A model generated the notes under the pieces. It did no database searches. It saw only the letters and a program-made list of their open reading frames with translations, and was not told where the DNA came from. From positions 1 to 32,007 of the IMG/VR virus record IMGVR_UViG_3300011339_001074: a stretch of DNA of 32,007 nucleotides; one strand, written 5' to 3'. This DNA comes from a virus (lineage: Duplodnaviria; Caudoviricetes). A program made the translations under genes and the position numbers. Shown here in pieces: positions 8,793 to 17,103 of the stretch (the first letter of the stretch is position 1; every line of letters starts with the position of its first letter).

Positions 8793-8805
8793 GAGCTCCG
8801 GAAGT

Positions 8806-8830
8806 GGGCGGCCCGACAACTGGGCCGCCC
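8806..8830 (-). terminator. GC-rich stem-loop after the major capsid gene (weak terminator or mRNA stabiliser)
   Basis: GGGCGGCCC/GGGCCGCCC, 9-bp stem with 7-nt loop; no strong U-tract. Confidence 0.45.
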
Positions 8831-8844
8831 GGTGGGTGAAACGA

Positions 8845-9768
8845 TCAGACGGACGAGACTACCTGAACGCCGCGGGCGTCCTCGAGCTCGGTCACGCCCG
8901 GGTAGTAGTGGCAGATCCACGAACGGCTACCCTTGGCCTCGGTGCTGAGGTCCTGACAGATGATCGCCTCTTCGCCGGCGAGGGTCTGGGGGTTGAACGC
9001 GTACTGGCGAACGAACCCGGAGACCGGTGCTTCGGTGAAGGCAATAGCGCCGCGGCCAACCATGAACCCGGAATAGTCCGCGTTCGCGTTGATCTTGGGG
9101 ACGCTGGCGTGGCTGCGGAAGTTGATCCCCATCCAGCTGAACAGGACGTTCCCCGTGTCAGCGGTGCCAAGCGCGTTCTGGGTCGCGGGAGCGATCTGGA
9201 ACGGGGTAGCGGTCTCACCACGGAGCGAGGCTTGAAACTGGGTGATCGCGGTCTGGTGCGACACGAAGTCCAGATCACCGACCACGAGCGCTTTACGAAG
9301 CGCGAACATGGCGGCGTACACGGTGTCCACGGTCAACGCCACGCCAGAGGTACCCACCGCGGTGTTGGCGGTGAAGCCCGCACCGAGAGCGGCGATCAGC
9401 GAGGAGCGGTAGTAGACCAGGGACTTCGCAAACGAGGTCACGAGCTGCTGGGCTTCCATCTCACCGGTGATGAAGGCGAGGTCAGTCACCGAGCGGTACA
9501 GATTCGCCTTGGCCACAGTCAGGGACTTGTTGCCAGTGGTGAAGTTGGTGATCGTGGGCGCGGTGTCCTCACCGGGAGCGCTGAACGCGTCGACGGGCTG
9601 GATCTGGCGGAGCTTCATCGTGGCAGAGCCGGCGCCACCGGTGAAGGGGAAGTACTGAGCGACGTCCTTGAGGTCTTTGGTCTCGTGGAGGAGCTCGATG
9701 AACGCCATGTTGAGGTAGGCGGCGAGACCGAGATCGGTATTCAGACTTGCGTAGGTATCTGCGGCCAT
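8845..9768 (-). CDS. Major capsid protein (HK97 fold presumed)
   Basis: 307 aa, GGAGG RBS before MAADTYASL, follows portal and scaffold. C-terminal SWMGINFR...YYPGVTELEDARGVQVVS pattern is typical of capsid proteins. Confidence 0.75.
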   Translation of the reverse strand: MAADTYASLNTDLGLAAYLNMAFIELLHETKDLKDVAQYFPFTGGAGSATMKLRQIQPVDAFSAPGEDTAPTITNFTTGNKSLTVAKANLYRSVTDLAFITGEMEAQQLVTSFAKSLVYYRSSLIAALGAGFTANTAVGTSGVALTVDTVYAAMFALRKALVVGDLDFVSHQTAITQFQASLRGETATPFQIAPATQNALGTADTGNVLFSWMGINFRSHASVPKINANADYSGFMVGRGAIAFTEAPVSGFVRQYAFNPQTLAGEEAIICQDLSTEAKGSRSWICHYYPGVTELEDARGVQVVSSV

Positions 9769-9780
9769 GGTGGCCTCCAT

Positions 9781-9863
9781 TGACGGGTAGAAGAGGTTGT
9801 TGGACTTCTCCCGCCCGTCACGTGGGCCACCGCTGTGGGATACCCGTCACGTGGGCGACCGCT
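9781..9863 (-). promoter_or_regulatory. Structured capsid-gene leader with two 21-bp direct repeats
   Basis: cccgtcacgtggg-c(c/g)accgct at 9814-9834 and 9843-9863; complementary tgacgggta at 9781-9789, next to the RBS. Confidence 0.6.
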
Positions 9864-9894
9864 CCCGATCAGACTACCACCGCCGCGCAGAATG

Positions 9895-10503
9895 TCAACC
9901 GCGGGCGAACGCGGACTTCGCCAGCCGGTCTTTGGCCGCGTTCCATTCCGGCGTCCCCATCTTGACCTTGGACAACACCACCTCCCGTCCGGTCTCGCCG
10001 GGCTTCGGCTGGACCACGTTCTGTTTGGCCACCGGCTTCGGCGCGGGCTTGGTCTCCACCTTGGCCTCGGGCTGGTCCTCGCTGACAGCAGCTGCGGCCA
10101 CGCTCGGCTTCATGGCAGCGCGCAGAACCTTGTTCGTCTTGCGGGCTTCCTTGTACCAATCGCTGAACTCGGGCTTCTGGGCGCCGTCGTCCACGCTGAT
10201 CCGTCCGTACTGATAGTCCAGATACTCCAGCAGGTCGTCCATGCCGTCCGCGGGGATCTTGTCCTCGAGGAGCAGCGCGCGGTTGGCGGACCGCCGAACC
10301 TGTCCTTCGAGCTCGGTGATCTTGCTTTGCATCTCAGCGCGAGCTGCGTTCACCGCGGCCTCGGTCGCGCCCTTGGTCGCTGTGCCCTGCTCGGTGAGCG
10401 CCGCGATCTCGGCGCGGGCCTCTTGAAGGTCAGAGCGGGCGGCGTTGCGCTCGCGGATCAAAGCTTGAATACGTTCTTCGGCGTTGTTCAGATCGTCGGC
10501 CAT
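9895..10503 (-). CDS. Capsid scaffolding protein
   Basis: 202 aa, N-terminal coiled coil and Pro/Lys-rich tail, between portal and capsid genes. Confidence 0.7.
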   Translation of the reverse strand: MADDLNNAEERIQALIRERNAARSDLQEARAEIAALTEQGTATKGATEAAVNAARAEMQSKITELEGQVRRSANRALLLEDKIPADGMDDLLEYLDYQYGRISVDDGAQKPEFSDWYKEARKTNKVLRAAMKPSVAAAAVSEDQPEAKVETKPAPKPVAKQNVVQPKPGETGREVVLSKVKMGTPEWNAAKDRLAKSAFARG

Positions 10504-10515
10504 GTTGTTCTCTCT

Positions 10516-11940
10516 CTACAGTTTGACTGTGGGTGGGGTGAAGGGGAAAAGCTGATTCATCTGGCGCACGCTCTGTAGCTTCTGGATTGCGGCGGACTCG
10601 TCCAGATTGTAGAGCTTCATGGCGAGGTCGACGGTGGACTTTAGTCCAAGCTCGATCAGCGCCTCGTCCCGCTTGAGGTCTGCCAGAAACTCGTCGGTGC
10701 TGGTCTCGGGTAGGCTGTATTCCACCTTCCAGCCGTCTGCCGGGAGCTTGACGCCGCCGCCGTAGAAGATGTTCCACGTGCGCGCCATCTTCGAGAACAG
10801 ACGCTGGTCCGCGGCTTGGAACATGGGGACGTAGCCCACAGCCACCTTGCGCTGGTAGCTCCGCTTCAGCTGGATCGCCACGCCGGACATGGGCTGTCCA
10901 GCGTTGGACAAGTCCTCGGGATGGATCCCGACGTTGTTCAAGATCGTGGCTTGCTTCATTAGGATCGCGTCCGCCATGGACTTCGCGTCCGCAGCCTGAA
11001 GCTGTCCCACCTTGCCAACGCCCGGCTGACCTTCGCTCTTGAAGCGAAGGATCGAGTTCGGGCTAAGCTCAATCGAGTCCGGCGGCGAGCTCGTGAAGCC
11101 GTTCACGTTGTCGACGGCGCTCATGCCCGGAACGTCGGCGTCCATGAGCCACGACACGGGCCAGCTGTTGTTCCGCAGACACACGCCCCACATCGTCCAG
11201 TGAATCGCAATGTCCAGCGTGCCGTGGACGATCTCCGAGCCCCAATACGGATCAAAGGTCTCGCTGGTGTATCGAGCGCGGTACAGCTCCCACGGCAAGT
11301 AGGGACCAAGCTCGTCCACGTACAAGTACTCCCCGGTGTGCTCCGGGTAACACTGGAGCGTGACGTCAACGCCAGCCGAGTCCAGGACACAGTGGATCGG
11401 AGCTTCGGGGTTGCTGACGTCCCAGACCTCCCAGCAGTCGCGGTGAACCGCCTTCCCATGCTCGTCCGTGGTCGCGATGGTGATCGCCCGCTTCAGCGCC
11501 GTGGGCGTCGACGGGTCGCCGGTGTGCGCGAGGACCACGATCTCGTCCGGAGTCACGATCTGAAGCTGAAGGCCGGTGGCCGTTGGGACGAGGTGGTAGA
11601 AGCACTCCCGCAGCCCGACGACCTTCCGGTTCATCTCCTGTTCCATAGCCCAGAGGTGACAGCCGTCCACCACCTCGGACCACACCGCAGCGGTCTGGTC
11701 GGTCAGGTACTCGTTGGTGATCACGCCCGGCGAGGTGTACAGAATCGAGACTTGATCCACGGTGTTCCCGAACAGGTTCACCGACATGGACGGACGGCCC
11801 ATGTTGTTGACGTTGTTCAAGCCGTACTGCTCCTTCATCCGAGTCAGGATCTCAAGCTCCCACGTACCGCCCAGAATGTTTCGACACATCCGGGTGTATT
11901 GCCAGCGGGCGGCGTCAACTTCGTTGTCAGGGATCAGCAT
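10516..11940 (-). CDS. Portal protein
   Basis: 474 aa directly after terL; MSGVAIQLK resembles the SG.A motif of SPP1-type portals. Confidence 0.8.
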   Translation of the reverse strand: MLIPDNEVDAARWQYTRMCRNILGGTWELEILTRMKEQYGLNNVNNMGRPSMSVNLFGNTVDQVSILYTSPGVITNEYLTDQTAAVWSEVVDGCHLWAMEQEMNRKVVGLRECFYHLVPTATGLQLQIVTPDEIVVLAHTGDPSTPTALKRAITIATTDEHGKAVHRDCWEVWDVSNPEAPIHCVLDSAGVDVTLQCYPEHTGEYLYVDELGPYLPWELYRARYTSETFDPYWGSEIVHGTLDIAIHWTMWGVCLRNNSWPVSWLMDADVPGMSAVDNVNGFTSSPPDSIELSPNSILRFKSEGQPGVGKVGQLQAADAKSMADAILMKQATILNNVGIHPEDLSNAGQPMSGVAIQLKRSYQRKVAVGYVPMFQAADQRLFSKMARTWNIFYGGGVKLPADGWKVEYSLPETSTDEFLADLKRDEALIELGLKSTVDLAMKLYNLDESAAIQKLQSVRQMNQLFPFTPPTVKL

Positions 11941-11949
11941 GGTACGGCC

Positions 11950-13278
11950 TCAGAGTTGATAGCGACGTGGCGCGGCGCGGTTGGTGTTCATGGATTGAAG
12001 CGGATCGAGGACGATGTAACGCAACGCATCCAGAGCGTGCTTCAGGGGTTCGTCCGTCTTTAGTCCCTTGCTGTGCTTCAAGCCCTTGATCACATGCACG
12101 CACTGGGGGTGGACCTTCACCTGTCGACGCAGGAAGCCCGCGTTCAGCAGCTTCTCTCCGATGTCGACGGAGCCGGCGCCCTTCTGGGGCGTGTTGATCT
12201 TGAACCCTTGGCGAGCGTGTCCGGCCTCGCGAGCGAGCGCCAGCCCCAGAATCTCGTTTACCTTGTAGCCAGCTCCGAGTTTGCCAACGCTGTTGACGTC
12301 CCCGATCCACACGTCGACCATGTGAACGTCCAGCCCGTTGGCCAGCAGCATCTCCCGAATGGCCACCGCGTCTTGGGCGGGAGTGGTCGACGTCTTGGAC
12401 ACGGCCTCGTCCAGCACCCAGATCCCGCTCGCGTTCCACGCCACGAGGACCGCCACCTGAGAGCCCGCGTGCTCGCCATGATCGAGACCCACGCCGATCT
12501 TACAGCCCTTCGGCTGCGGGTCGTCCTCTCCGATCAAACACGTGGAATCAAACCCGGTGAACGTCCGGCTCTGGGTCGTCCCTTCCCACGCTCCATTGAT
12601 TCGCTGTTCGTAGCTGTCCGGAAACGCTCGAGCTTCGGTTAGCCACTCGTCTACCTGTTCCACGCCGTACCATGGACAGTTGGCGTGAGAGAGCGGCGCC
12701 ACGTACTGGGTCCACGCGCTGTCCTCGGCTTCAGCCACCGTCCGCAAGTACTCCACAGGTCGACCGATGGGCGTGGCGGTTAACCACAACCAGCCCTGAC
12801 GGGCCATGACTCGGAAGATGTTCTCTTGAAGGATGTCGCTCGGTGGGATCTCGTCCAGCCACACGCCGTCAAGGTCCGAGCCCGCGTGAGCGATCGGCGC
12901 CTGGTCCTGTGACCGGATCTCGCACGTGGTCCCGTTGTTGAGGACGATGAGCTGGTGGCTCCAGCCGTTCTCGAGCGTGAAGCGCGAGCCGGGCGCCAGA
13001 GCTGCGGCGGGTAGAAAGTCTTTGAGGTACTGACCGACCACCGCGATGCTCTGGGTGTAGTTGACGGCGACCGCCCGGTACCGCTTGTGTCCGGTGTCCA
13101 ACATGGCCTTGGCAAGCTTCGCCGCGGCGTGTTTGGTCTTTCCCACGCGGTTGGCAGCGCGGACCAGGATTCGCTTCTCGTCCGAGACCATGAACCCGGC
13201 GAGCGCCGGACTGGGCTGGAACAGCTGGAGCCGGCGGTGCGTGAGCGTGGCGCCGATTCGGGCAAGGTCGACGATCAC
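11950..13278 (-). CDS. terL: Terminase large subunit (442 aa)
   Basis: Walker A AANRVGKT, Walker B VWLDE, coupling motif TATP, nuclease GLDHG and HALDALRY. GTG at 13278 overlaps the terS TGA. Confidence 0.92.
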   Translation of the reverse strand: MIVDLARIGATLTHRRLQLFQPSPALAGFMVSDEKRILVRAANRVGKTKHAAAKLAKAMLDTGHKRYRAVAVNYTQSIAVVGQYLKDFLPAAALAPGSRFTLENGWSHQLIVLNNGTTCEIRSQDQAPIAHAGSDLDGVWLDEIPPSDILQENIFRVMARQGWLWLTATPIGRPVEYLRTVAEAEDSAWTQYVAPLSHANCPWYGVEQVDEWLTEARAFPDSYEQRINGAWEGTTQSRTFTGFDSTCLIGEDDPQPKGCKIGVGLDHGEHAGSQVAVLVAWNASGIWVLDEAVSKTSTTPAQDAVAIREMLLANGLDVHMVDVWIGDVNSVGKLGAGYKVNEILGLALAREAGHARQGFKINTPQKGAGSVDIGEKLLNAGFLRRQVKVHPQCVHVIKGLKHSKGLKTDEPLKHALDALRYIVLDPLQSMNTNRAAPRRYQL

Positions 13279-13754
13279 GCGGATTGTTTCCGGGCAGCCA
13301 ACGCGTCCGAGAGGACGTCCGCCGGGATGGACGCCAGCGCGGTGATCAGCTCCTCGCGGGTTTGGTACGGCTCCACCGGCTCGGCTTGCTGAACAAACCG
13401 TGACTCCGAGCGGCCATACATCATGGGGTAGCGACGCTCGAGCATCCACGCCGCAGCCGGCCACGTTCCGTTCCGGGCGGCGTTGGTCACGGTGGCCAGC
13501 ATCTCCACAGCGCACGCGCCTTCCGCGTCGGCGAGCTCGGCGGCCACGCCCTGCCACTCGGGGTCTCCGTTCTTCGCTCTGTTCTGCGCATCGAAGTACA
13601 CGCTGGGAGCGATCCCCGCGTACTTGCACGCAAGCTCAATCGTGGCGCCAGTCCGGATCGCGTCACACAGCCGGGCGAGGATCGCCGGGTTCAGCAGCTT
13701 GGGCTTGGGGCCGGGCTTGCCTCTTTTCTTGTCTACGGATTCTCCGTCGTTCAC
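13275..13754 (-). CDS. terS: Terminase small subunit (159 aa)
   Basis: HTH-like AIRTGATIELACKYAGI and WPAAAWMLERRYP; immediately upstream of terL; GAGG RBS before GTG 13754. Confidence 0.75.
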   Translation of the reverse strand: MNDGESVDKKRGKPGPKPKLLNPAILARLCDAIRTGATIELACKYAGIAPSVYFDAQNRAKNGDPEWQGVAAELADAEGACAVEMLATVTNAARNGTWPAAAWMLERRYPMMYGRSESRFVQQAEPVEPYQTREELITALASIPADVLSDALAARKQSA

Positions 13755-13852
13755 GCGCACCTCGAGGAGTCCGCGCACAACGACCGGCGGTCCCTCAGGG
13801 TAGTCCGAGCAGCCTCCCCCGTCAACCGGTGAGCGCCCGGAATGAACTCTGT

Positions 13853-14100
13853 AGCTTGAAAGGTGATCAACACGATCAACACGGATCAACACGGTGATCA
13901 ACACGGGCTTCTGGAGCTTGAAAGGTGATCAACACGATCAACACCGTTTTTCTATACGTATAGGGAGTAGCGGGGGGGAAGTGTTTTTCTTTTTTCCCCC
14001 CCGCGGGACTGTAGGGGTTGAGAAACTCGTTTTGCCTGTTGATCTGTTGCGCATGATTCCGAGTACTTACGTACCCCCCCTCTGTTGATCGGTGTTGATC
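13853..14100. repeat. Probable replication origin: converging GATCAACA(C) iterons around a palindrome, hairpin and T-rich core
   Basis: Six direct GATCAACAC copies (13865-13944) and three inverted TGTTGATC (14037-14100). Exact 30-bp duplication at 13853-13882 and 13915-13944. Palindrome CTATACGTATAG at 13952-13963. 11-bp stem GCG7AA/TTC7GC at 13970-14004. Confidence 0.65.
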
Positions 14101-14111
14101 GCCGGTTCGGT

Positions 14112-14370
14112 GTGTCCACAACGTGTCCACAACGTGTCCACAACGTGTCACGTTCTGGCCTCTGGAGTCGTGACACGGTGTGTCCACAACGTGTCCACAA
14201 CGTGCGCCCCACGCTCCAGAAGGTGTGACACGGTGTGTCCATGTTGTGTCCACAACGTGACACGGTACCGCTTCACCGCTTGACACGTTGTGTCCATGTT
14301 GTGTCCACAACGTGTCTGGACTGTCGACGCCCGCCGGGGTACAATGTGTCCATGTTGTGTCCACAACGTG
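14112..14370 (+). repeat. Phased GTGTCCA(CAAC/TGTT) array
   Basis: Eight GTGTCCACAAC plus three GTGTCCATGTT copies in five clusters starting at 14112, 14180, 14235, 14290 and 14346. Confidence 0.9.
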
Positions 14371-14398
14371 TCTCGCATTCTTGACCAAAGGAACCTCC

Positions 14399-14659
14399 AT
14401 GTCGAACCCTGCCACGCTCCACGTCCGCTTCCAGCCCGTGGTCCGCCACGAGCTCAAGGCCATGTCCGACCAGTCGGGCCTCGCTGAATCCCAAGTCCTC
14501 ACGCTGCTGGTCCGGCTGGCCTTCCGCGGCGCGATCCCGGGACTGGAAGCCCTTCGGCCCGTCCCATTCCCGCAGTTGCTCCAGACGGGCCTCCCCGACG
14601 TCGACAACGACGACGAGGACGAGCTGGCGGACGACGATCCAGACATGCCGCCGTTCTAA
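14399..14659 (+). CDS. Ribbon-helix-helix DNA-binding protein with acidic C-terminal tail (86 aa)
   Basis: AAAGGA RBS. TLHVRF-QP-VVRHELKAMSDQSG-LAESQVLTLLVRLAF fits the Arc/CopG strand-helix-G-helix pattern. Tail DNDDEDELADDDPDMPPF. Confidence 0.7.
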   Translation: MSNPATLHVRFQPVVRHELKAMSDQSGLAESQVLTLLVRLAFRGAIPGLEALRPVPFPQLLQTGLPDVDNDDEDELADDDPDMPPF

Positions 14660-17103
14660 GCCTTGCGCCAGACACGCAAGCCCCGGAACCCTGCGGGGCT
14701 TGCCTTCTCCACCCACCCCATGCGAACGAGGATCGCGCGGACTCGGCTGGACGCTGCGGCGGTCCGCTGACCGATGTCCAACCCTATGGCGTTGAGGACG
14801 TCCGATGTTGAGAACGTGGCCAGCACGCCCTCGTTCTCCACGTACGCGCCCACCGGCGAGGTCCACGAGTCCTCAATCTGGTACTGCTGGGCGTCCTCCT
14901 CGCGGATCTTGTCCTCCTCGCGGGTGAACCACCAGACCTCCCCGGATTCGTATGCCTCAAGCGCGTCCGCCCACACCGCGTCCCGGAGCTCGCGAAGCCG
15001 TTGGATCGGGATCACGTGCTTGGCCGGGATCGTGAGGATCCAGAACCGCCGCGAGCCGCTGGGGTCTGACAGGAACGCCGCGGTCCCGCCGGCGCCACCG
15101 ACCGGGTTCACCGACCCACACAGCACGGTGTGACGTGGAGACAGGATCGCCGCCCTGGCGAATGGTGGCCGGTAGAGATCCTTCCGCGTGCCCAGGAACT
15201 GTTTGACGGACTCCGCGGAGCGCTTGCTGGTCAAGTCCTCGAGCTCCGCGGCTTCGTAGCCCCACACGCGGGACATCATGATCGCGGCGTCCTTGTTTCC
15301 GATCGGGATCGGGCTGTCACCAAAGAACTCCCCGAACAACCCTTCAAAAAAGCTGCTTTTCTTTGCGCCCTGTTCGCCCACGAGGACCAGCGCGGTGTCC
15401 GCCTTGCATCCCGGCTCAAGCGCTCGAGCGACCGCGGAGATCAGAAACCGTCCCACCATGGCCGCTTGCATCTCGGTGGGCTCGAGGATCCCCAGCACCT
15501 CGCGGAGCAGCTGGCCCACCGTGTCACCGCTTGCCTTCCCTCGGACGGACTCCAGATAGTCCTTCACCGGCGAGTACATGCGCCCCGCGGCCACCGCGTA
15601 CAGCGCGGTTTTGGCCATGACTTCACCCGCGTCCAAGCCGTAGCTGTCCCGCAGCCACTCGCATAGGTCCGCGGTCCCCGGGCCCTCCTCGAGCTCCGCG
15701 CCCTCGACCTCGACCACGCCACCGAGCGTGGAGCAGCGGAGCGACGCGTACCGCGGGTCCGCGCGGAGGATCGTCACGATGTTCGCATACGTCGCTTTGA
15801 CGGAGCCCTCCTCCGTCTTTGCCAGTCTGGATAAGATCGCGGTCCGCTCCTTCCCCACGGCTTGGCCGCGTGTGGCCTGTCTGGCCGTGCGCTCCTCGGT
15901 CCGGAGCTTGTCCTGGCTGACCTTAACGGAGCGCTTCAGATTCCGGACATGCTCGCCCATCCCGCCCGCAGCTTCGGCGGCGCCGATCCACGTCGTCCAC
16001 TCCACCTCGTTGGCTTCGGCAACCTCCACCAGCAGGTCCACCGAGCCGGTGAGCTCGCGGACCAGCTCGAGCCGCTGCGGCCTCGCCGTCGCTTCATCGT
16101 ACAGCACAGCCAGCGCCCGCGCCAGAAGCTTACGCCCTTGGTCCAGCTTCGTGGGCGCCACGGCCTCGTCCACCACGTCGACGTCCGCGGCCTCCTCCTG
16201 TGGCGCGGCCTCGGAGCGCGTGGGCCGGATGATCGTGGGCTGCGGGCGCTCGGGGACACTGAGCGGGAGCTTCTGGCCGTAGCCCAGTCCGTCCCGCACT
16301 GTCCGCCGGACCTCGCTGGCTGGCTTGCCACAGCCCTCGCCGGCGGCGATCAACTGGGACTCCGCGTCATGGATTGAGATCCCCGCGGACACGAGGTAGC
16401 CGCCCACGGTCCGAGCTTGCGCGAGGAGCACGCCGTGACGCTCGCCCGTCGTGGCGCCGGCGATCTTGGCCACCGCGTTCCGGAGCACGGCCTGACCGAA
16501 CCCCGCGCCGGCTTCGGCCTTGGGAGGTGGTGGAGCGGCGCGGCGCTCCTCTGGCGCCTTGCTCACGAACCGTACCAGCCAGTCTGGAGCGTCCGCGATC
16601 TGCGCCTTGTTGGCCCACGCGTAGGCCGCGCCGGTCTCGGGGTGAACGCTCGGGACGGCCACGATGTACCCGCCGTCCGAGCGGACGTCCAAGCCCTTCC
16701 CGCCGATCTTGTTTCGCGTCAACAGCTTCAGCCCGTTGGCTTTCTGCCACGCCACGAGCTCCGGACCGTAGCGGTACACGTAGTGGAGCCCACCGCCTCC
16801 CGTGCGGACGGTCAGGGTTTCGCGGTACGGACGTCCCGCCGCGGCGAGCTCCACGCGCTCCTCCGCGTCCGTGTCCGAGTCCAGATCCAACACCCAGATC
16901 CCAGACCCGTACTCGGCGGTGTTGCCTGTCCGGATCCCGATGTTCGACGTGGGCCACCGAGCCCACCACTTCACCAACTGCTCCACGTCGCCGGTGGCCT
17001 CGAGGAACCCGTGCGTCCCCGCGTGTGGGATCTTGCCGTCCAGCGGGAACACGCGCCAGCCTTTGGCCACGTAGGCTTTGGCCACCTTGAGGAGCTGGCT
17101 CAT
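14656..17103 (-). CDS. Bifunctional Prim-Pol primase fused to a VirE/VapE-type P-loop helicase (815 aa)
   Basis: N-terminal NIGIRTG, VLDLD, TGGGGLHYVY, GLDVRSDGGYIVAVPSVH. C-terminal LVGEQGAKKSSFF, YRPPF, DPSGSRRFW. ATG 17103 overlaps the helicase TGA. Confidence 0.9.
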   Translation of the reverse strand: MSQLLKVAKAYVAKGWRVFPLDGKIPHAGTHGFLEATGDVEQLVKWWARWPTSNIGIRTGNTAEYGSGIWVLDLDSDTDAEERVELAAAGRPYRETLTVRTGGGGLHYVYRYGPELVAWQKANGLKLLTRNKIGGKGLDVRSDGGYIVAVPSVHPETGAAYAWANKAQIADAPDWLVRFVSKAPEERRAAPPPPKAEAGAGFGQAVLRNAVAKIAGATTGERHGVLLAQARTVGGYLVSAGISIHDAESQLIAAGEGCGKPASEVRRTVRDGLGYGQKLPLSVPERPQPTIIRPTRSEAAPQEEAADVDVVDEAVAPTKLDQGRKLLARALAVLYDEATARPQRLELVRELTGSVDLLVEVAEANEVEWTTWIGAAEAAGGMGEHVRNLKRSVKVSQDKLRTEERTARQATRGQAVGKERTAILSRLAKTEEGSVKATYANIVTILRADPRYASLRCSTLGGVVEVEGAELEEGPGTADLCEWLRDSYGLDAGEVMAKTALYAVAAGRMYSPVKDYLESVRGKASGDTVGQLLREVLGILEPTEMQAAMVGRFLISAVARALEPGCKADTALVLVGEQGAKKSSFFEGLFGEFFGDSPIPIGNKDAAIMMSRVWGYEAAELEDLTSKRSAESVKQFLGTRKDLYRPPFARAAILSPRHTVLCGSVNPVGGAGGTAAFLSDPSGSRRFWILTIPAKHVIPIQRLRELRDAVWADALEAYESGEVWWFTREEDKIREEDAQQYQIEDSWTSPVGAYVENEGVLATFSTSDVLNAIGLDIGQRTAAASSRVRAILVRMGWVEKASPAGFRGLRVWRKA

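Noticed and set aside
13279-13629. N-terminal 117 aa of the 559-aa terL ORF
   Set aside because: Overlaps terS in another frame and is Arg-rich junk; the GTGA-coupled start at 13278 is more plausible.
14102-14372. Canonical CRISPR array or TIGR-type guide array
   Set aside because: Repeats are internally tandem and degenerate and spacers are only ~20 nt; no Cas or Nop-domain gene is recognisable. Kept only as a minor alternative.
13755-14646. ORFs across the repeat region (13876..14646, 13952..14263, 14148..14378) and 5' extensions of terS and the RHH gene
   Set aside because: Translations simply mirror the DNA repeats (HVVDTLWT, CVHNVS); better RBS-supported starts exist at 13754 and 14399.
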